From IMG/VR virus record IMGVR_UViG_3300028534_000024, positions 9,350 through 73,349 of that record: 64,000 nt of DNA, one strand, 5' to 3'. The translations under genes and the position numbers were made by a program. The notes beneath the pieces are model-generated. The model searched no databases. It saw only the letters and a program-made list of their open reading frames with translations, and was not told the origin of the DNA. This DNA comes from a virus (lineage: Duplodnaviria; Caudoviricetes). Shown here piece by piece: positions 59,086 through 64,000 of the stretch (position 1 is its first letter; every line of letters begins with the position of its first letter).

Positions 59086-59730
59086 TCATTCTCCTTTGGT
59101 TTTATTTAATCTGCTTTTTGCAATATTGTAATAGGTCTCATCTATTTCTATTCCCATAAAATTTCTACCTAACTTTAACGCAACTAATCCAGTACTTCCA
59201 CTTCCCATGCAAGTGTCTACTACTAAATCACCATCGTTGGTGTTGTCTATAATAAGCTCTTCTAGTAAAGAGTGTGGCTTTTCCGTAGGGTGAAGTTTAC
59301 TCCTACCAGTTGGGTGTACTAACCAGTTCTTTTTACATTTGCTGTTTAGTTTTCCAGTACCTTTCTTCTTAAACCACACTGCATTTTCTGTAGCACTTAA
59401 ATATACATACTCCCCATTCATAGGCGATGGGTTTGATTTGGCGTAAACAAGCTGTCTAGTTGTCCCTAGCTTCAGTTTTGACTTTTTTGCGAAGAACTTA
59501 TAAATAGTTGAATACTGTTCGTTACCACAGAAGATAACGAATATATCAGCAGAATTGTAAATGTGTTCTTAGAACACATTTATGTCAAATGTTGGTATAT
59601 CTGCTATTCCCTTGTTCAGGTTCCTTAACCCATTACTTTCCCTGTTTACTTTCCCGTAGGGTATATCGGTAAGCAATAACCTACATTTTGGGATATCCAC
59701 CTCAGTACAATCTGCATTAATTAGTTTCAT
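59086..59730 (-). pseudogene. N4/N6 DNA methyltransferase (beta class) interrupted by one in-frame TAA
   Basis: MKLINADC..TDIPYG..FDINVF*EHIYNS..HPTEKP..DTCMGSGSTG..GIE in a single frame; stop at 59569-71. Confidence 0.88.
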
Positions 59731-59990
59731 CTCGCTCCCCTTTATAATTCTCAGGTACTGAACCATCAAATGGTTCTATTTTTTTTACAGTTATGTTCCG
59801 TCTCATAAGGTAACAACACTGGTGCCACAAAATCGTTGTTTACTTACATCGTTACCCATACTAACTCCCCCTCTTTAGGTTCCCATTTTTTAGCTCAGTG
59901 GGGTTATACGCGAAACCATCACTGAGTAGGACTCGCCCATTAACTTCTTCCACCACTTGTAGTGTTTCTTTTTTTTTTTTAATTTGTTTA
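59717..59990 (-). pseudogene. Decayed ORF similar to the C-terminus of the 58440..59084 protein
   Basis: Fragments 'KWEPKEGELVWV' and 'IEPFDGSVP' in shifting frames; begins at a 12-nt A run. Confidence 0.5.
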
Positions 59991-59992
59991 AC

Positions 59993-60196
59993 TTATAAAG
60001 AAAATCCACAAATTTTCTCTGCCTTTATTTTATAGTTTAAATCCTCAGCTAAACTTATACTACCATCCACATATTGCATATGTTTTTCAGGAGCTTTTTC
60101 AATGGCTTTGTAGCATTTATCAGAAATTTGCATATATAATACCAATTCACCCGAAAACAGGTTTGATATTAACAATAAAATATACAAAGTTTTCAT
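59993..60196 (-). CDS. Hypothetical secreted-like protein
   Basis: MKTLYILLLISNLFS signal-like N-terminus. Confidence 0.5.
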   Translation of the reverse strand: MKTLYILLLISNLFSGELVLYMQISDKCYKAIEKAPEKHMQYVDGSISLAEDLNYKIKAEKICGFSL

Positions 60197-60402
60197 TATC
60201 TTGCCTTATATTTCTTATCTACTACCAAATAGGTTACTGTTGGTATAAAACTCTTAACATCCTCAGGTCTCATATGTCTAGTCTCAGAATATTTTTTATT
60301 TCCAATTTTATAAGTAATGGCATACATACCAATACCTTTTTTGCTCATTGAAATTTGTCTGATATCTATATTTGTAACCTTAATTTCGTTTTTCTTTTTC
60401 AT
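60196..60402 (-). CDS. Hypothetical basic protein
   Basis: AAGGA RBS. Confidence 0.5.
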   Translation of the reverse strand: MKKKNEIKVTNIDIRQISMSKKGIGMYAITYKIGNKKYSETRHMRPEDVKSFIPTVTYLVVDKKYKAR

Positions 60403-60536
60403 GTTCTATCCTTTTATTTTACACATTCTTACATAAATGCTTCTTCATATTAGATGATATAATCATCACAGCAGTCCTTTGGAATATACCCATCAAACCA
60501 CACAGAAAGACACCTGTGCGTTTCAAAAGATGTATC

Positions 60537-60803
60537 TTACTGAAACAATTTATTTAATTCATTAGAATCACTTGAAGCTTCAATCATGTTATACTGATTG
60601 AAGCTTACCAAATCCATAATTTCAGCTATAATCATATTATAAATACCATCAGACACCCAAGCTGATGTATTAAATACTTTCATAACACCATTATGAATTT
60701 GTAAGCTCCAATCTTTGCCCTCATAAGAGGACATATTAACATCTTTTTTAAATGGGTAATCTAAATTCGCCCAAAAACTTTGAATTTCTAATAAATTTTT
60801 CAT
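60537..60803 (-). CDS. Hypothetical protein
   Basis: AAAGGA RBS. Confidence 0.55.
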   Translation of the reverse strand: MKNLLEIQSFWANLDYPFKKDVNMSSYEGKDWSLQIHNGVMKVFNTSAWVSDGIYNMIIAEIMDLVSFNQYNMIEASSDSNELNKLFQ

Positions 60804-60855
60804 ATTTTATCCTTTTTGTTTTGTTTTATTTTATTTGTAAAATTTCTAGTAGATT

Positions 60856-61041
60856 CTAAAGTATATTATCTACAGTCTTAAGCATATCATTTATCACAAC
60901 TTTTGTATGTTTCAAATAGAAATCTGAAAATTTGAACATAAGTTCATCTCTATGCTCACTATCTGGCATATCTCTTACATATTCGAATATATCATCTATG
61001 AAATCCATTGATAATTTCATATCATTTTTTGGAATTTCCAT
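60856..61041 (-). CDS. Hypothetical protein
   Basis: AGGA RBS. Confidence 0.5.
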   Translation of the reverse strand: MEIPKNDMKLSMDFIDDIFEYVRDMPDSEHRDELMFKFSDFYLKHTKVVINDMLKTVDNIL

Positions 61042-61045
61042 AATT

Positions 61046-61165
61046 TTATCCTATAATGTAAAGTTGCTTATTTAGTCTATAAGCTAACTCAGTAGCAACC
61101 ACAAGCTGTGAAAGTGTAAGGTAGCTTTCAAATCTTTTTCCTCTGACCTTAAATTTTGTTCTCAT
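61046..61165 (-). CDS. 39-aa ORF (not in track) behind repeat family B leader
   Basis: AAAAGGA RBS; MRTKFKVRGKRFESYLTLSQLVVATELAYRLNKQLYIIG. Confidence 0.45.
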   Translation of the reverse strand: MRTKFKVRGKRFESYLTLSQLVVATELAYRLNKQLYIIG

Positions 61166-61290
61166 ATTTTATCCTTTTGTTTTATTTTTGTTACCCTTAT
61201 TGATAACATATGAATATCTTATATTTAAAACATTCATAAATTATCAATGGATTTTATAAGTATCTTTTATACTGAATTTAAGAATCCCAT
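61163..61290 (-). repeat. Repeat family B leader, copy 1 (similar to 63854..63965)
   Basis: Shared TGTTTTAAAT..AAGATATT.ATATGTTATC.A.AAGGG..AACAAAAA..AAAAGGATAAA..ATG. Confidence 0.75.
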
Positions 61291-61503
61291 AAATTCCTCA
61301 CAAGAGATTCTTAAAAATTCAGAAGTTCATTATTACACCATATAATACCTATTTTAAGATACCTAGAAGCCAAAATAACGGTGATTCTAGGATTACCTAT
61401 ACCTAACATTAGGTATGCATTTAAAAGCTTTTATTTTTGGTTTTTAAGAAATATAGCTAACTCACCCACTGTTTTGATATTCTTGTTATTTTTAAGAATA
61501 TAT

Positions 61504-61734
61504 CTAAGTTCTTTTGCTGTCATAACCAGTCCCTTCTTTATTTAAAAATTGTTCGTATGATTCATATGTCTCTTTTTCGATACCATCTTCCCAGAGGGTA
61601 ATAAAATATCTATCTCGGTATTTTTCATTCTGTAAAAAATTGATAATATCGTCTTTTGTCCCTACGCAGAGGGTTGTGGATGCGTAATCCCCAAATCCAT
61701 CGTAACCTATTGTTATTACCTGATATATTTTCAT
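61504..61734 (-). CDS. Hypothetical protein
   Basis: AAAGGA RBS. Confidence 0.5.
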   Translation of the reverse strand: MKIYQVITIGYDGFGDYASTTLCVGTKDDIINFLQNEKYRDRYFITLWEDGIEKETYESYEQFLNKEGTGYDSKRT

Positions 61735-61811
61735 GTTTTATCCTTTTATTTATTTATTTATTTTATAGTCACATATCAACTAAAGAAAGAGATTCTAACC
61801 AAGCCTTTCAG

Positions 61812-62009
61812 TTATCTTTCAAACTCATAGCCATCCCCTTCTTTATTTAAATATGGTTCATATAATTTCTCCCTATCAGCATTTAATTTGAACAATTTCT
61901 CTCTAATGTAGATAGGTGTAGATTTATCATTAAGAATCTCATCAAGTACATCACTTATAAGATTTACCTCTAAACTTAACAAATGTTCTATATTGTTTAG
62001 ATTATCCAT
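61812..62009 (-). CDS. Hypothetical protein
   Basis: AAAGGA RBS. Confidence 0.5.
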   Translation of the reverse strand: MDNLNNIEHLLSLEVNLISDVLDEILNDKSTPIYIREKLFKLNADREKLYEPYLNKEGDGYEFER

Positions 62010-62253
62010 AATTTTATCCTTTATGTTTTATTAAAATACATCTACAAATACATTTACAGAAGCCTCCAAGACTTTCAGTTATCTTGAATTATAGAAAATT
62101 CTCAAACTTACTCGATAGTGCCTTAAAATGTATATGTTACATTTCAAAACATCAAAATTATAAGGGTAACCAAAAATTAAAAAGGAGGAATCAATGCCAC
62201 GAAAGCATTATAGTTTATTTATTTAAGATATTGGAGACCTCTGTAAATGTATT

Positions 62254-62436
62254 TTAGATATTAAATATCCACTTTTCAGATGGACATAACTGTATCTTTA
62301 ATTTATACTCATAAGCATATTTAATGTTATCTCTAAATACCCTCACGATAATATAAGAACCCTTATGAGATTCTATAAATTCATTTGCTTTAACTTCTGA
62401 GTTTGTAGTAAATAGTTCCCACATATAAATCTCCAT
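62254..62436 (-). CDS. Hypothetical protein, first gene after family A copy 4 promoter
   Basis: ORF downstream of a consensus promoter; RBS weak. Confidence 0.4.
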   Translation of the reverse strand: MEIYMWELFTTNSEVKANEFIESHKGSYIIVRVFRDNIKYAYEYKLKIQLCPSEKWIFNI

Positions 62437-62476
62437 GAAATTATAAGTATAATATAATGAATATAACCATAAGAAT

Positions 62477-62630
62477 CTATATAAATAAACCTATAAAATA
62501 GCTATATAGTTATCTTATAAGCTAAGACCTACGGTCTATATATTGGGAACCTTTCGGTTCAGACTGATATTATACCACACTATTAAAGATTTGTCAAGAG
62601 TAAAATGCAAAATTCTTAAAATTTTTATAC
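62477..62630 (-). repeat. Repeat family A, copy 4, partial (-35 at 62592-97, -10 at 62569-74)
   Basis: 62491-62607 is the exact reverse complement of 53104-53220. Confidence 0.97.
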
Positions 62631-62887
62631 TAATTTCAAAATCTCAGAAATTCATCATCACGCTACATAAATATAACCCTTAATAAAAATATAATATCAA
62701 TTTTAAGGTACCTAGAAGCCAAAATAAGCCACTTTAAGAACGCTTAGCGACCAAAGATATAGGTAGCACTATAAATAGCTTTAAAATGGATTTTCAGATA
62801 CCTACAAACCGACCAAAAAACAAATAATAAAAAACCAAACACGCTAAAAATAGCAGAATGGTTTTATTATTTAAAGAAGAGAGTTAC

Positions 62888-63856
62888 CTATTTGGTAACC
62901 TCCTCCAAATCTATAACTACAGTATCCATATCGTCCAAACTCTTGGCTATGAAGCCATTTGTATGTACGAACACTGTATTTGATACACTTACAATCTTCT
63001 GTACATCAGTATCTACCTGATATGTCCAGTTATTTTGGAGTTTATCATAAGATACAAAAATCTTTGTACCGTACCCATTATCCCATAACCACTTAGCAGC
63101 CATTGGGAATGACTGAAAATCTTCAAAATAGACAAACTGCCCTTTAACTTTAACAGTATTTTTGATTTTATTTATCTTTGATTCAGCCTCTTTTTGAGTA
63201 TTTGAAGCTATTTCTGAAATAGTTTTATATAGCTCACAAGCCTCTATGGTTCCTTTAAAATATTTTGTGAATAAATCTGTTAAGGTATTGAACATATCGT
63301 CCTGCTCTTTTGAAGCTATATCTAGCTGATTACATCCTGATATAGCATTAAATAACATATCAAAAGTGACATCTTGGCAAAATATAGAGTTTTTCCATTT
63401 ATCGTATTCAACTCTAGTATCTCTAGCATCAACAGCAGTCACCAAATTTAATAGAGATTGAGATGGCTCAGATACTACAGTATCTACCCACGGACACTCA
63501 CCCATATCACAGCAGGCACTCATAGGCTCTGTTAGAGCCTTAAAAATCAATCCTGCACTAGATAACCCATAAAGTTCATCACCCTCTCTGAATTGATGGT
63601 GATCAAACTCCCCCAATACTGCATAGCCTCTGAATTGTGTCATTGACATATAATCTCCATAATATGAAGACCAGCATGTAGGAGCATACTCCCCTCCTAC
63701 ATCGATTTTAACATCACAAGAGCTTAATTCTTGTGGATTTCTAGTACGCACAAGCTCTACATTATCTTCTATATATGCTCTATAAAGAGCCATTGCTACA
63801 ATTTCATCTGCGTGAAATACGCCGTTGTGTGTTCCTATGTTTAATTTTGTTTTCAT
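62888..63856 (-). CDS. MYG1 (UPF0160)-like phosphoesterase/exonuclease
   Basis: 'GTHNGVFHADE', 'RTRN', 'DVGG', 'FDHHQ', 'LSSAGLI', 'VDARD', 'FVHTNGFI'. Confidence 0.85.
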   Translation of the reverse strand: MKTKLNIGTHNGVFHADEIVAMALYRAYIEDNVELVRTRNPQELSSCDVKIDVGGEYAPTCWSSYYGDYMSMTQFRGYAVLGEFDHHQFREGDELYGLSSAGLIFKALTEPMSACCDMGECPWVDTVVSEPSQSLLNLVTAVDARDTRVEYDKWKNSIFCQDVTFDMLFNAISGCNQLDIASKEQDDMFNTLTDLFTKYFKGTIEACELYKTISEIASNTQKEAESKINKIKNTVKVKGQFVYFEDFQSFPMAAKWLWDNGYGTKIFVSYDKLQNNWTYQVDTDVQKIVSVSNTVFVHTNGFIAKSLDDMDTVVIDLEEVTK

Positions 63857-63965
63857 GATTTATCCTTTTTATTAATTTTTTTGTTATCCCTTGTAGATAA
63901 CATATAAATATCTTATTTTATTTAAAACATTTATATATCATCATAAGCCAAAATCCCACAAATTT
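63854..63965 (-). repeat. Repeat family B leader, copy 2
   Basis: Aligns with 61163..61290. Confidence 0.75.
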
Positions 63966-64000
63966 ACCCCACGCGATATATCACGCATAGAATAAAAAAA

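Noticed and set aside
59569-59571. Genome-wide TAA reassignment explaining the in-frame stops
   Set aside because: TAA, TAG and TGA all terminate well-conserved genes at expected lengths
1-64000. tRNA genes, integrase/att sites, reverse transcriptase/DGR, inteins, base-modification pathways (PurZ, queuosine, hydroxymethylase)
   Set aside because: No supporting motifs seen by eye; nrdA, helicases and spliced polymerase have normal lengths. tRNAscan-SE and HMM searches would be needed to exclude them formally.

Overview
The window is an AT-rich segment of a tailed dsDNA phage genome with T5-like (siphovirus) gene content. No integrase, repressor, tRNA or CRISPR array was recognised. The + strand (1-20748) carries virion and lysis genes: partial HK97-type portal, prohead protease, acidic scaffold-like ORF, major capsid, neck, tail tube, two chaperones, a 1714-aa tape measure, tail-tip/fibre genes including LRR-like and NHL-propeller proteins, holin, spanins and a GH19 endolysin. 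The - strand (20759-64000) carries replication, nucleotide metabolism and early genes: primase, 5'-3' exonuclease, ATP-dependent ligase, nrdAB, SF2 helicase, family A DNA polymerase, DnaB-like helicase, thyX, RuvC-like resolvase, SbcCD-like pair, a sigma-like ORF, five DNA methyltransferase loci (two broken), an M20/M28 peptidase and a MYG1-like protein. Spanins imply a Gram-negative host; AAGGA-type RBSs and low GC would fit Campylobacterota (inference only). Read directly from the sequence and not shown by the ORF track: (1) two group I introns with HNH endonucleases, one in nrdB and one in the polymerase, with splice sites that restore conserved motifs; (2) a ~300-bp non-coding element in four copies, one inverted, containing a perfect sigma70 promoter followed by two hairpins with compensatory changes and cG(N)nAg loops, where 117 bp of perfect inverted identity flanks a 9.3-kb gene block; (3) a methyltransferase whose only lesion is a stop codon centred on a 25-bp palindrome, so flipping the palindrome would restore Leu; (4) a triple-frameshifted Dam-like pseudogene.
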